Assembly: GCF_001194135.2 (NCBI RefSeq) | Contig: NC_068993.1 | Span: forward strand, 52,690,633 to 52,736,551 | Source: Octopus bimaculoides | Taxonomy: Eukaryota | Length of the DNA stretch: 45,919 nucleotides | Direction of reading: 5' to 3' | Shown here: positions 26,080 through 39,299 of the stretch, one piece after another | How positions within the stretch are numbered: position 1 is the stretch's first letter | Layout of the letters: the number at the start of each line of letters is the position of its first letter | Made by a program: the position numbers and the translations under genes | The notes under the pieces: model-generated | Databases searched by the model: none | What the model was told of the DNA's origin: nothing | What the model saw: only the letters and a program-made list of their open reading frames with translations

Positions 26080-26603
26080 TCTCTCTAAGGCATTTAAGGC
26101 GGTTGTCATTTTCTGTATCCTCTGATTGATCTATACATACTTTGAGGACACAGAATTGTAATTCAAAAGGTACAACGCTGTCACACGTTGTGTTCTGCAG
26201 GTTCTGCCTCAAAATTAAATTAAAGGTACACGTCACGTGCCTGTGGAATTCTCAGCCGTTTGCAGTTAATTCAAGAGAAGATAATTCAATTGAGCGAACA
26301 ACTGAATCCTCGTCGTCTAAACGACGGAGGTCCACCAACTCATCTGCACCAGATTTTCGTGCAAATGTAGAAATATTACATGTAACATTATTTCGCCAAC
26401 TTATAACGCTTCACTCAGTGTAGATTCTATGATTTATGATGGCTCATTAAATAAACTCGGTAATTGCAAATTATATTTATTTATCGATCCGTTTATTTAT
26501 TTATTTATTTATTTATTTGCGGACATGTAATAAAAATAAGTGTCTGAGAGCATATGTATCTCTCTCTTTTTCTCTCTTTCTTTCTCTCTCCTTCTCTCTC
26601 TCT

Positions 26604-26651
<48 letters not shown>

Positions 26652-26653
26652 CT

Positions 26654-26707
<54 letters not shown>

Positions 26708-27084
26708 TCAAATATACAGAGGAGGGGAGGATTGTATTTCAAGTATTTACCTCACGATTACCCTGAAGCAATGGCAAAATAGACAACATAAACAATTAAT
26801 GTACGTGTGTGTGTGTGTTGTGTGTCTATGTGTATGTGGGCGTGCATACACATATATGTGTATGTGTGTGTGTTTACATATATATGTGTGCGTGTGTGTA
26901 TGAGTGTATATATATATATTTGAAAAAAGAAAAAGAATGACTTCACTGGTAGTTCAAATTAGTTTAATTTATTACTTTTTAATTTTCTAATAATATAAAT
27001 TTTACACTTTAGTTAAAGTGTAAAATCTATATTATTAGAAAATTAAAAAATAATAAATTAAACTGATTAGAACTGTCAGTGAAG

Positions 27085-27530
27085 TCGATGGTGGTTGTCT
27101 ACTCCTTGTGCAGAGTTTGACCACTCCCTGTACCTACACCTTAGCACCATCATGGCATCTGATGTGGCTTCTAAACCAGACAATGTTCTGAAAAGATACC
27201 CACATAGATTGCACCTCCGATTTGGACCACCAAGAGCTGCAGATAAGTTCTGATCTTTGTGGATCTTAAAATGTCTTTTGAGGCCTCCGTTGGATTTGCA
27301 AACCTTCTGGCATACACTACATTCAAAGGTGTGCACAGACATATAGGCAGAATATATATATCAGGGTCAACACCTGGTTCTAACAGGTAGAACATGAAAT
27401 TTTTTAAATCAAAGCCATATGATTGAAGTAGTCTGCATACTGCTTGCTTATTCCTTCGTTCCAACTGTCACTCATAAATATTAATGATATACAGTAAAAG
27501 CTGATTTGGTATTCACATTTATTTATCTTA
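27085..27530 (-). mobile_element. Probable RTE-clade LINE 3' end with two C2H2 zinc fingers (second broken)
   Basis: FECSVCQKVCKSNGGLKRHFKIH (CX2CX12HX3H) then CNLCGYLFRTLSGL with a frameshift where the His pair should be. No flanking splice or start context; no TGEKP linker. Confidence 0.5.
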
Positions 27531-27571
27531 GGCATGCGTTGAATGCCTTGCATTCATGTAAGAAACAGATA

Positions 27572-27639
<68 letters not shown>

Positions 27640-27782
27640 CCTATCTATCTATTTGTCTGATTGTCCGTCCGCCCGTCTACCCGTCCATCTATCTATCTAT
27701 TTGTCTATAGATACATATGTCTGTCTGCCAGTATGCATGTATGTTTGTATGTGCATATGAGTGTATGCTTGTGTGTGTGAGT

Positions 27783-27879
<97 letters not shown>

Positions 27880-27899
27880 AATAAAGTACAAACGAAAGA

Positions 27900-28140
27900 A
27901 AAATTGCTCAACGCTCTGTGTAATGTAGCGTTCTATATCTTTTACGTGTTTTAGTGATTGGATTGCGGTCATGCTGGAGCACCGCGTTGAAGGATTCTGT
28001 CGAACAAATCGACTGATATTCTTTAGAGTTTGATACTTATTCATTCTATTGGTATGTTTTGCCGGGCCGCTAAGTTACAGAGACGTAAACAAACCAGCAC
28101 TAGTTGTCATGCAGTGGAAGGGGGGAGACAGACACACACG
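27900..28140 (-). mobile_element. SINE family A 3' half
   Basis: ttttagtgattggattgcggtcatgctggagcaccg...ccgctaagttacagagacgtaaac...gagacagacacacac. Confidence 0.7.
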
Positions 28141-28441
28141 CGCATGTTGGTGCTATACTCCTACATTAATACAGTTCCACACACACACACACGCGCGCGC
28201 GCGTAAAATGCGTTAAATTCTTAATAGATTTACACATGTATATTTAATAAACAGACACTTGCCTCACTGCGAAGTAGACCACGTGGTTAAACTACAGGGC
28301 CGACTCTGAGAAACGAATTGGAGAACAATTCAACGAGTTTCACCTGATCATTACTGACTCAAAAATATGGTGAACAACAAAGATATATAAAAAAAAATAC
28401 GTGTTTATATAATACGTATATTGATGCGTGTGTGTGTGTGT

Positions 28442-28499
<58 letters not shown>

Positions 28500-28888
28500 C
28501 GAAAGAGACAGACAGACAGACAGAAGACAAACAAACAGACAGACAAACAGACACACAGTTATATGCGTATATGTATGTATGTGTGTGTATGTGTATATGT
28601 GTGCGTTCACATAAGTATATCTAACAATGCATTTGGGTTATATCTATTACCAGATATGGAATCATAGTAAGACAATTAGAAGTATTTAACGGTGTAGGTA
28701 TTATGTTTAGATTCGCTTATTCCATAACACGTGTACATGGTTGCAACAAATATTTACTCAGGTGTTACATTCCAACTCAATCTCACTAAGAATTCGCATA
28801 CAGAGACACACGTATTCATACATACGTATATAACACAGAGTCCAGATAGAAAATAAAAGAAGCTTTACAGTGCAGTTTCAATAGAATT

Positions 28889-29100
28889 AGAGCTGATAAA
28901 AACGTTAGCACGCCGGGCGAAATGCTTAGCAGTATTTCGTCTGTCTTTACGTTCTGAGTTCAAATTCCGCCGAGGTCGACTTTGCCTTCCATCCTTCGGG
29001 GTCGATAAATTAAGTACCAGTTGCGTACTGGAGTCGATCTAATCGACTGGTCCCCTCCCCCAAAAATTTCGGGCCTTGTGCCTAGAGTAGAAAAGAATTT
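28889..29100 (+). mobile_element. SINE family B, least diverged copy (Meta-domain-like core)
   Basis: B box gttcaaattcc (28958-28968), then gtcgactttgccttccatccttcggggtcgataaattaagtaccag, which resembles the MetaSINE central domain as recalled. Confidence 0.8.
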
Positions 29101-29149
29101 GAATTCCGGTCGTGGCTTTTTTTTTGCTTATTGAGATGGCGTGCGGCTT

Positions 29150-29995
29150 AGTTGCTCGGGTAGTTGCTCGTCTATTCACAAAAGAATCTGAGGGGAAGAG
29201 ATTTTGAAATGTTTTACAAATCTTCACTGTGCCACTAATAGATTGGATTTGGAGAATCTAAGTCAGTTTCTTTTGCTTTTTCTTCGTGAAACCAAGTATT
29301 TCTAGGTTTTTGTGCAAATTTGTTGGTACATAACCTAATGATAGGTATAAATTTGTTGGTGCATTACCTAATGATAGGTACAAATTTGTTGGTACATAAC
29401 CTAATGATAGGTACAAATTTGTTGGTACATAACCTAATGATAGGTACAAATTTGTTGGTACATAACCTAATGATAGGTACAAATTTGTTGGTATTTAACC
29501 TAATGATAGGTACAAATTTGTTGGTACATAACCTAATGATAGGTACAAATTTGTTGGTACATAACCTAATGATAGGTACAAATTTGTTGGTATTTAACCT
29601 TATGATAGGTACAAAAAAGAATTCATAGTCAGAGTATAAGAGCTGTAATTTCCACATTAATTCACCGTAAATGTTCTTCTTTTCCTGGACTTTCGATCGT
29701 GCATTCACATCTGATGGGCAGCTGATCTCTACAACAAAACATGACTTTTGTACCCTGTACAAAAGTATTGATTTTTCTTTTCGGGTATTCCACCAGTATT
29801 CCTTGTTTTTAAAGGTGTGAATACCCGCTGGTTCTGACATGTCTTTGATGTATATGTCATGCTTTTGATGTATATATATTCCTTGTAAATAGTCTTTGCA
29901 AATATGTCATGCCTCAGGGGCAGATAGTATCTCGTAGACATGTGGAGGCAGTTATTGATGATGTAGCTGGTATCTTCCACACTAGTATTGTGGAG
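29150..29995 (-). mobile_element. 5'-truncated R4/Dong-like (RLE-class) non-LTR retrotransposon, zinc knuckle + restriction-like endonuclease region
   Basis: VEDTSYIINNCLHMSTRYYLPLRHDIFAKTIY (CCHC + RHD), CFVVEISCPSDVNARSKVQEKKNIYGEL, FVPII...LGYVPTNLHKNLEILGF and ISGTVKICKTF are hallmark RLE C-terminal motifs. Frameshifted. Confidence 0.8.
29316..29612. repeat. 33-bp minisatellite, 9 copies (aaatttgttggtacataacctaatgataggtac)
   Basis: Nine contiguous 33-bp units counted; units 6 and 9 share the tattt variant and unit 2 is tgcatta. Confidence 0.95.
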
Positions 29996-30759
29996 CCGAC
30001 ATATTTATGTATGTATGTCCTCTTTCTCTTTTTAATTTAGAATAAATTTTGACCGGGCACCTGCTTGATAGCAAGGTTGTGAAGAAAAGCATCTGGTTTT
30101 GTTTATCACCCTTTAAATCATAAAAAGATCTTGCCGATTTTTGTAGTCCCAGATATCGTGATCATTTGTAGCGTATGAATTAAGCATTTGCGTTCTCTCC
30201 CCAAGAACCCAAGTTCGGCCATATACTTATGCATATTTATATATACATATGAAAGCATGTACGTATGTCTTCACATATTTTATTTATATAATTGTATTCT
30301 TTGGCTCAGAATGGTACCATTACGAGATTCCCCATTGCCCGTTGTTATTTGAGCAAACGGAGATAACATAATATCACAGAATTCTTCTTATAAGGAGAGA
30401 GCTGGTTTCTCACAATGAGACAACCTCCATTAGGGAATTTGGATTACAACAGCAATAACTTATTTATCGATACGTATGTACGTATCTATGTAGGTATCTA
30501 TGTACGCATGTATGTACGTATCTATGTACGTGTATATGTTTGTATATATGTTCGTATGTACGTATCTATGTAAGTATATATGTTTGTATGTACGTGTGTT
30601 CGAATGTATAAATGGCGGAAGACGTGGGAGCAGGCTTTTGTTACTGTAATGTTAGTTAATGCAAAAATAGGTACAATTATTATAATTTTACCGCATTCAA
30701 ACTCTATGACTCTTATACAAAATAATGAAATGAGTACCAAACTTTAAAATAAAAATATT

Positions 30760-30866
30760 TTAAAAGTGAAATAAGATTAAATGAAGCATATGTATGTATA
30801 CATATACTATATACATACATACATACATATATACATATACACACACACATACATACATACATACAC

Positions 30867-30897
<31 letters not shown>

Positions 30898-30913
30898 CAT
30901 ATACACACATGCA

Positions 30914-30949
<36 letters not shown>

Positions 30950-31250
30950 CATATACACACATGCATACATACATACATACATACATACATACATACATAC
31001 ATACATACATACACACAAGCACGTACACATGCACACACATAAAGACACATAACACACAGAACTTAATTATCTAGCCAAATAAATAAATAGACAAATATAA
31101 ACACAAAAACATATACACAATATATATAAATTTATATATATACCTTATGTATACATGTATGTATGTATGTATGTATGTATGTATGTATGTATGCATGTGT
31201 ATGTATGTATGCATGTGTGTGTAGTGCGTGTGTGTGTGTGAGTGTGTGCG
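30760..31250. repeat. Compound (TACA)n/(TG)n microsatellite field (representative of many CA, TA, GA, TACA, GATA arrays in the window)
   Basis: Directly visible; source of many spurious ORFs. Confidence 0.95.
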
Positions 31251-31675
31251 TGGTTAGGAGATGTAGTAGGGATTCAATAGAATAATATACATCTAAAGAA
31301 TATATATAACGATTATTTCTACACTAACTCGTACACGAAGCCAGACGCGTACACTCACATATATGTGAAAGCATTAATAACTAAACACAGAAATGTGTGT
31401 AAATGAAGAAAGGTGCATACATACACACTCATGTTTATGGCGATTATTACATCACTAAGTGCGGTTCCTCTTTCATGTTGTCCTTTTCATCGCATATCAA
31501 AGGCATACAAAGAAATTATGGCCATAATTCTGTATATGTGTTAGATCTGTGATGGCAAGAACCGTTTTAAAGCGGAATCGATGTTAGTGCTCGAACAAAC
31601 GCCATAAATATATTTATGTGTAAATATGTATACACCTTTCTGTATTGCGATATTAATTCTATTACACACACTACA

Positions 31676-31706
<31 letters not shown>

Positions 31707-31888
31707 GACACACACACGCAGACACACACACAGACACACAGACACACACACACACACACACACGCACGCACGTACAAACGTACACACATACATATAAATG
31801 TTTGTAAATGTATATAGCCTTGTATGAATAATGCATATGTATATATATGTGTGTGTGATATATATATATATGTATGTGTATATATATA

Positions 31889-31925
<37 letters not shown>

Positions 31926-32304
31926 NNNNNNNNNNNNNNNNNNNNNNNNNNNNNNNNNNNNNNNNNNNNNNNNNNNNNNNNNNNNNNNNNNNNNNNNNNN
32001 NNNNNNNNNNNNNNNNNNNNNNNNNNNNNNNNNNNNNNNNNNNNNNNNNNNNNNNNNNNNNNNNNNNNNNNNNNNNNNNNNNNNNNNNNNNNNNNNNNNN
32101 NNNNNNNNNNNNNNNNNNNNNNNNNNNNNNNNNNNNNNNNNNNNNNNNNNNNNNNNNNNNNNNNNNNNNNNNNNNNNNNNNNNNNNNNNNNNNNNNNNNN
32201 NNNNNNNNNNNNNNNNNNNNNNNNNNNNNNNNNNNNNNNNNNNNNNNNNNNNNNNNNNNNNNNNNNNNNNNNNNNNNNNNNNNNNNNNNNNNNNNNNNNN
32301 NNNN

Positions 32305-32422
<118 letters not shown>

Positions 32423-33792
32423 GTTACGCGAGTGTTTGCATATGCGTGTGACTTGTGTATGTTTATGTCTACATATTATTTCTGGCAGTTGTGTTCTTTG
32501 TGTGTATCATTTTATGCATAATGCTTCTGTAATCGAGTGATTCGAAGTTCCGTTTGCACCCAATAAATGTGACGGTAAAGCCGGTTTGCATAATAACCAG
32601 TCAACACACGAAATTCATTTAAATTGTAATACTTCACTGATGAAAGTTAAAGATGTGCAATATGATGCATCATCTTTTTACCAAAAAGCAATTACTTTGT
32701 CACCGAATGCTAAATATTTAAAATATTAGGGTATTATCCATAATATGGGGGATAATATTGGGAATATGTTTTCGCCAGTGTGGGTAATACACTGCTAACT
32801 ATATTGATAGATGTATATTTATCTTGATGTATATATATAGCCTAATTTATTTTCCTTCTGTCAAACATTTTCAGCTAGTTTTACATTTCTATGTATCATA
32901 CTCAGAAATATGAATTTTTCCTATTTCTCAAAGTTCACTACTGAAGTTGATACAATAAGATTATTTTCTCATAGCATCTACGAGGAATTTACCAATATCA
33001 GAAATACTTAATACACCTTTGTGTATTTATTTATTAATTTTGAAATTTGATTTTACATCATGCACCAGCAGTCGAAAGAATTGAAGTTTTAAGTGGCTTC
33101 ATTAAAGAGCGGAGGATGTAGTTTTTAAAAATCCCGCCAGCATCAGTGTGCATAATAAATAAGCAGTTAAGTCCAAACAATATAGCGGCATCATAACATC
33201 TGTTGGCAAAAGCTGCAGATGTGTTTAAGATGCATCGGCTTTTTGCCAGAAGCAAGGCACTTTGTCAAGGAATACAATATGCATATATAGAATGTTTATA
33301 TATATTTTGATGTCTGTTTAAGTTAACTTTTCGTGCCAGACACTTTAAGCTGTCTAGACATATATAAATGTGTGTGTGTGTGTGCATGCATACACACACA
33401 AACACACACTCACACACATATACACACACACACACAAACACACAAGCACACAAACACTCGCACAGAATCCAACAATTCAAAGGAACCCAATGCATATTAC
33501 TGAGCATATATATATAATTGAGCATATATATACAGTGAGCATATATAATTTTATATAGTATTTTATTTAAAAGAGTTCCAACTCTGTCTGTTTTTTATGT
33601 TTTATTTATATTCTTGTAAAATTATTGTGGGATATAGAATATCGAATATATAATATATAATATAAAAATAAAAATAAATGGTAAAATGAAATGAAGTATT
33701 GAATGTCTTATTGAATATATGAAATATTGAGTATTCATTATAGAGAATTATATATATACATATATATATATAATTATATATATATATATATG

Positions 33793-33881
<89 letters not shown>

Positions 33882-34541
33882 AGAGAGAGAGAGAATGAGA
33901 GAGAGAGAGAGAATGAGAGAGAGAGAGAATGAGAGAGAGAGAATGAGAGAGAGAGAATGAGAGAGAGAGAGAGAGAGAGAGAAGCATGTATATATGTGTG
34001 TTTGTGTGCGCGCACTTGAAACGAAATAGAGAAGCGTCGTAGTATGTAGATTTTATATTTATAGACACAGATTTGAGCATTCAGCCGTTCATTATTCAAT
34101 ATTTCACACACACACATACTCCCTCACGTGACACATGCACATAAACCAAGTCAGATGATTCATAGGTGCATCTCGGATGGAGATAAACCAGCAAGCCCCT
34201 TCTTGCCGTTCTATATTCACTGTTATTAAGGGTTTTATTGGTCAAGGTATGTCATGGGGTTGCAGTTGTAGCAGGCCATAAATCGAAGTATCATGTCCGT
34301 TTAGGTCTCGGTAACTCGATAGATTGCAATAATTTCTTCCATGCATCTTATGTAAATCGATAAGAGTCGATTTTGATAGACAACAGGTGAGGCTTTACCC
34401 CCGACTTGAGGTTATGACTCCACTCACTACAGATTGTGTGTGAATGATCGCGCGCGCACACACATACACACACATACACACAAACACACACACCAATAAA
34501 GAACTAAATCAGTAACTGATTACTGAGTTACTGTGTGTGCG

Positions 34542-34586
<45 letters not shown>

Positions 34587-35060
34587 GTGTATACATACAT
34601 ATACATATACATACACACAGAAACACGCATGCTCACATACGCACAGACACACTCAAACACGCACACACACACACACACATATATAAGTGAGTAATACGTT
34701 GTAGTACAGCCAAATTAAATAAGACACGCACTGATACCCCACATTTTCTTTATTAGTTTGGCAAAACCTCAAAGTACCACACTCTTTATTCAGATTCAAC
34801 AAGCGGTACGCATTCATATACTTACACACACACACACACACACACATAAACACACGTGTATGTGTGTTGGGAGGGGGCAGTATATAAATGTGTTTACCTC
34901 GACAAAAATTTTAAATTTGATTATTAAACGTAACCGAAGCAGACGATTTACAATTCATTACAAAAATGGAAACTTTTTAGACATTGAAGCCAATATAGCA
35001 TTCATATAATTCACTAAATAACAATTACTCATACAAATATCCCTTGCCTCACAACCCCTT

Positions 35061-35098
<38 letters not shown>

Positions 35099-35223
35099 CA
35101 TGACGGCTGTAAAGCTACGACATCTTGATTAAATATGATGTCATAAAGCCAGAAATATTCCTGCCTTTGTCACGACCATTACAGAGCAAGGAGTTTGTAC
35201 GGTCTTTAATACGTACACGAACA

Positions 35224-35444
35224 AGGCAGCGAGCTGGCAGAATCCTTAGCACACCGGGCAAAATGCTTATAGTGGCATTTCATCTGTCATTACGTTCCAA
35301 GTTCAAATTCCGCTGAGGTCGACTTCGTATTTCATCCCTTTAGGGATTAATAAAATAAGTACCAGTTAGGTACTGGAGTCAATGTAATCAAGTTAACCCC
35401 TCTGCCGAAACTGTTGGCCTTCTGCCAAACTTTGAAACCAATAT
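35224..35444 (+). mobile_element. SINE family B, full length
   Basis: ggcagcgagctggcagaatccttagcacaccgggcaaaatgctta...gttcaaattccgctgaggtcgac...ccaaactttgaaaccaat. Confidence 0.8.
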
Positions 35445-35559
35445 ATATCATTAATTTTCAAGGGCAGAAACACAGCCTCTGGTAAACTTTTGGATGCATA
35501 TTTTATATAGTAACACTGTATAAAATAATAATGATGAATAATACATCCTTTTAGTCTTA

Positions 35560-35915
35560 TATTTGTTTGAGAAACCTGTACTGTGGCCATGCAGGGGGGG
35601 GACCCTCTTGAAAAGTTTGGTTGATTATACTGGCCACAGTACTCATTCATCACCTTAATATTTGTCTTCGTACCATTAACTGATAAGTGGCATAAACACG
35701 CATACATACATGCATGCATGCATACATACATACATACATACATACATACATACACGAACGTCCGCATTTATATGGCAGTCTTCTGCACAGTTTCCGTGTA
35801 GTAATTTCAGTGGCAAGTCAAGGTTATTGTAGATGATACAGGCCTGAGGTGCAACGCTGTGGGACCGAACTCCAGACCACGTAGCTACGAAGCAAACCTT
35901 TTAAAGGCACACCCG
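35560..35915 (-). mobile_element. Degenerate SINE family A interrupted by (TACA)n
   Basis: Tail actgtggccatgcagggg... and head ...gtgggaccgaactccagaccacgtagctacgaagcaaacc. Confidence 0.55.
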
Positions 35916-36307
35916 TACTTTCCTTCCTTCCTTCCTTCCTTCTATCTGTCTATCTGTCTGTCTGTCTGTCTATATACCTGTGTGTGTATGTGTGTGTAAG
36001 AGTGGATAAGTACATCAGGATATATACATACATACATACATACATGCATGCATGCATATATATATATATAAATTTAAGCAGAAAATGGAGAAATCTTGAT
36101 CAACAACTATTGACTACCATCGATTATTATTTTTTTTATACAAAACCTTGTTATTGCTTGTATCCTATGAGCATAATATGCTTGCCTATGTATGCCCAGG
36201 GTTAACATAAGTAATTTATATCGGTAGAAAAACGGATATTCTTATCCCTTAAACAGATATTTCAACCGCTAACTCTGATAACGTTATACATACATACATA
36301 CATACAT

Positions 36308-36355
<48 letters not shown>

Positions 36356-36515
36356 TAGAAGGTTTGGAGGTGATGTACAGGAATTATATATTGGAAAAAA
36401 TAATAATGTACTCAGATATCTGGATGGTTGTACATTTACAGAAAAACAAAAAGACGAAGACATGTGTACAAACAACAAGCAGGTGTATGTATACATATAT
36501 ATAGTATATACGTGC

Positions 36516-36554
<39 letters not shown>

Positions 36555-36706
36555 CACATATATATATGTGCATGTGTGTGTATGCTTGCTTGTGTAAGAG
36601 TGTATAAATATACCAGTATAATGATGCGAACGTATGTATCTACCATACATGTTTGTTTACATGCTGATATGTTTATGTTGTTCAGATATGTTGTGTTTTC
36701 TATGCA

Positions 36707-36777
<71 letters not shown>

Positions 36778-37095
36778 NNNNNNNNNNNNNNNNNNNNNNN
36801 NNNNNNNNNNNNNNNNNNNNNNNNNNNNNNNNNNNNNNNNNNNNNNNNNNNNNNNNNNNNNNNNNNNNNNNNNNNNNNNNNNNNNNNNNNNNNNNNNNNN
36901 NNNNNNNNNNNNNNNNNNNNNNNNNNNNNNNNNNNNNNNNNNNNNNNNNNNNNNNNNNNNNNNNNNNNNNNNNNNNNNNNNNNNNNNNNNNNNNNNNNNN
37001 NNNNNNNNNNNNNNNNNNNNNNNNNNNNNNNNNNNNNNNNNNNNNNNNNNNNNNNNNNNNNNNNNNNNNNNNNNNNNNNNNNNNNNNNNNNNNNN

Positions 37096-37143
<48 letters not shown>

Positions 37144-37440
37144 AATACATTAGTATATACATGCATATATGTGTGTGTATATACACACACACACACATGT
37201 ACATATGTATTATTCCTTTTCGAAGAATAGTGTTGACAGTAACTTCGAAGTTTCGGCCTTGTAACCCCTCTTCGGACAGCTGACGAAAGTTAGCAAGCCG
37301 AAACTTCGAAATCGCTGTCAATACTACACTACGAAAAAGAATAATAAATATGTACTCTACATATAATATTGAGTTTGATATAAAATTTATTTTATTGTAA
37401 CTTGTCATAAACGCAAGCGTTAATTTTTTTGTATATTATA

Positions 37441-37506
37441 TAGATAGATCGATCGATCGATCAATTGATAGATAGATAGATAGATAGATCGATCGATCGA
37501 TCAATT

Positions 37507-37581
<75 letters not shown>

Positions 37582-37604
37582 GATAGATAGATAGATAGAC
37601 AGGC

Positions 37605-37682
<78 letters not shown>

Positions 37683-37810
37683 GTTTCTTTATTAGCCACA
37701 CAGGGCTCAACACAGAGTGGACAAAATACAAATGTAGAGTTTTTCTTTTCGAGGGGGTCGAAAACAAAGCAGAAAAAAAAACAAAAGTGGGGACAACGAT
37801 GAAAAAAAAN
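37441..37810 (-). mobile_element. Retroposon 3' terminus (AATAAA followed by an (ATCT)n tail); body lost in the gap
   Basis: Minus strand reads ...gttgagccctgtgtggctAATAAAgaaacct(atct)n. Resemblance to a Tx1/L1 3' UTR is from recall only. Confidence 0.45.
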
Positions 37811-38775
37811 NNNNNNNNNNNNNNNNNNNNNNNNNNNNNNNNNNNNNNNNNNNNNNNNNNNNNNNNNNNNNNNNNNNNNNNNNNNNNNNNNNNNNNNNNN
37901 NNNNNNNNNNNNNNNNNNNNNNNNNNNNNNNNNNNNNNNNNNNNNNNNNNNNNNNNNNNNNNNNNNNNNNNNNNNNNNNNNNNNNNNNNNNNNNNNNNNN
38001 NNNNNNNNNNNNNNNNNNNNNNNNNNNNNNNNNNNNNNNNNNNNNNNNNNNNNNNNNNNNNNNNNNNNNNNNNNNNNNNNNNNNNNNNNNNNNNNNNNNN
38101 NNNNNNNNNNNNNNNNNNNNNNNNNNNNNNNNNNNNNNNNNNNNNNNNNNNNNNNNNNNNNNNNNNNNNNNNNNNNNNNNNNNNNNNNNNNNNNNNNNNN
38201 NNNNNNNNNNNNNNNNNNNNNNNNNNNNNNNNNNNNNNNNNNNNNNNNNNNNNNNNNNNNNNNNNNNNNNNNNNNNNNNNNNNNNNNNNNNNNNNNNNNN
38301 NNNNNNNNNNNNNNNNNNNNNNNNNNNNNNNNNNNNNNNNNNNNNNNNNNNNNNNNNNNNNNNNNNNNNNNNNNNNNNNNNNNNNNNNNNNNNNNNNNNN
38401 NNNNNNNNNNNNNNNNNNNNNNNNNNNNNNNNNNNNNNNNNNNNNNNNNNNNNNNNNNNNNNNNNNNNNNNNNNNNNNNNNNNNNNNNNNNNNNNNNNNN
38501 NNNNNNNNNNNNNNNNNNNNNNNNNNNNNNNNNNNNNNNNNNNNNNNNNNNNNNNNNNNNNNNNNNNNNNNNNNNNNNNNNNNNNNNNNNNNNNNNNNNN
38601 NNNNNNNNNNNNNNNNNNNNNNNNNNNNNNNNNNNNNNNNNNNNNNNNNNNNNNNNNNNNNNNNNNNNNNNNNNNNNNNNNNNNNNNNNNNNNNNNNNNN
38701 NNNNNNNNNNNNNNNNNNNNNNNNNNNNNNNNNNNNNNNNNNNNNNNNNNNNNNNNNNNNNNNNNNNNNNNNNNN

Positions 38776-38832
<57 letters not shown>

Positions 38833-39065
38833 GTGTGCGTGTGTGTGCGTTGTGTATATCGCGAAATATATGATGATGCATGTGTGCGTATATTCATATG
38901 AATGAATGAATGAATGAATGAATGAATGAATGAATGAATAAAGGAAGGAAGGAAGGAAGGGAAGAAGGACAGAAGGAAGGAAGACAGACAGGCAGGCTGG
39001 CAGGCTGGCGGGCAGGCGGGCAGGCATGTATGTATGAATGAAACGGGACCGGAAAGGGAGCTTAC

Positions 39066-39170
39066 CTGAAGAGAAACAATGACGTAATGAAGTAGTAAGA
39101 CCACAGCCAGCGTTAAACAGGAGAGGTAACCACAAAGTGTGGGGAGATCGGAACCTGGCAAGTAATCCAT
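39066..39170 (-). CDS. Candidate first coding exon of the INF2-like gene (MDYLPGSDLPTLCGYLSCLTLAVVLLLHYVIVSLQ), hydrophobic anchor
   Basis: ATG 39170 in good context (aatATGg), in-frame TAA 30 nt upstream, exactly 35 codons, then donor cag|gtaagc (39065..39060). Phase 0 matches the phase-0 acceptor at 4026. It lies in an island of unique sequence between microsatellites. No transcript evidence is available. Confidence 0.65.
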
Positions 39171-39299
39171 ATTTTCTACTGAAACATGCAGGATAAGTTA
39201 ATATTCTGATGGAGACTGGAACGTAACATGCAATTTGCAAGAGAATAGAGTTTTTCATAGCGGTTGTATGGTAGTGAAGACTGCGCCTGCGTCGATAGG

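Noticed and set aside
28889-28970. tRNA genes at SINE heads
   Set aside because: A/B-box-like motifs are present but there is no complete cloverleaf, and each continues into a SINE body.
29316-29612. 33-bp repeats with internal palindromes as a CRISPR array
   Set aside because: The units are contiguous with no spacers, there are no cas genes, the context is eukaryotic, and the unit derives from retrotransposon coding sequence.
30713-31074. Long ORFs of YVCM/HTYI/ERER/SLSL type here and throughout, including 37501..40173
   Set aside because: They are translations of microsatellites that lack stop codons.
34140-34440. Unique GC-richer island with plus-strand donor-like sites (caag|gtatgt, acag|gtgagg)
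   Set aside because: No supporting acceptor, ORF or partner exon was identified for a nested gene.
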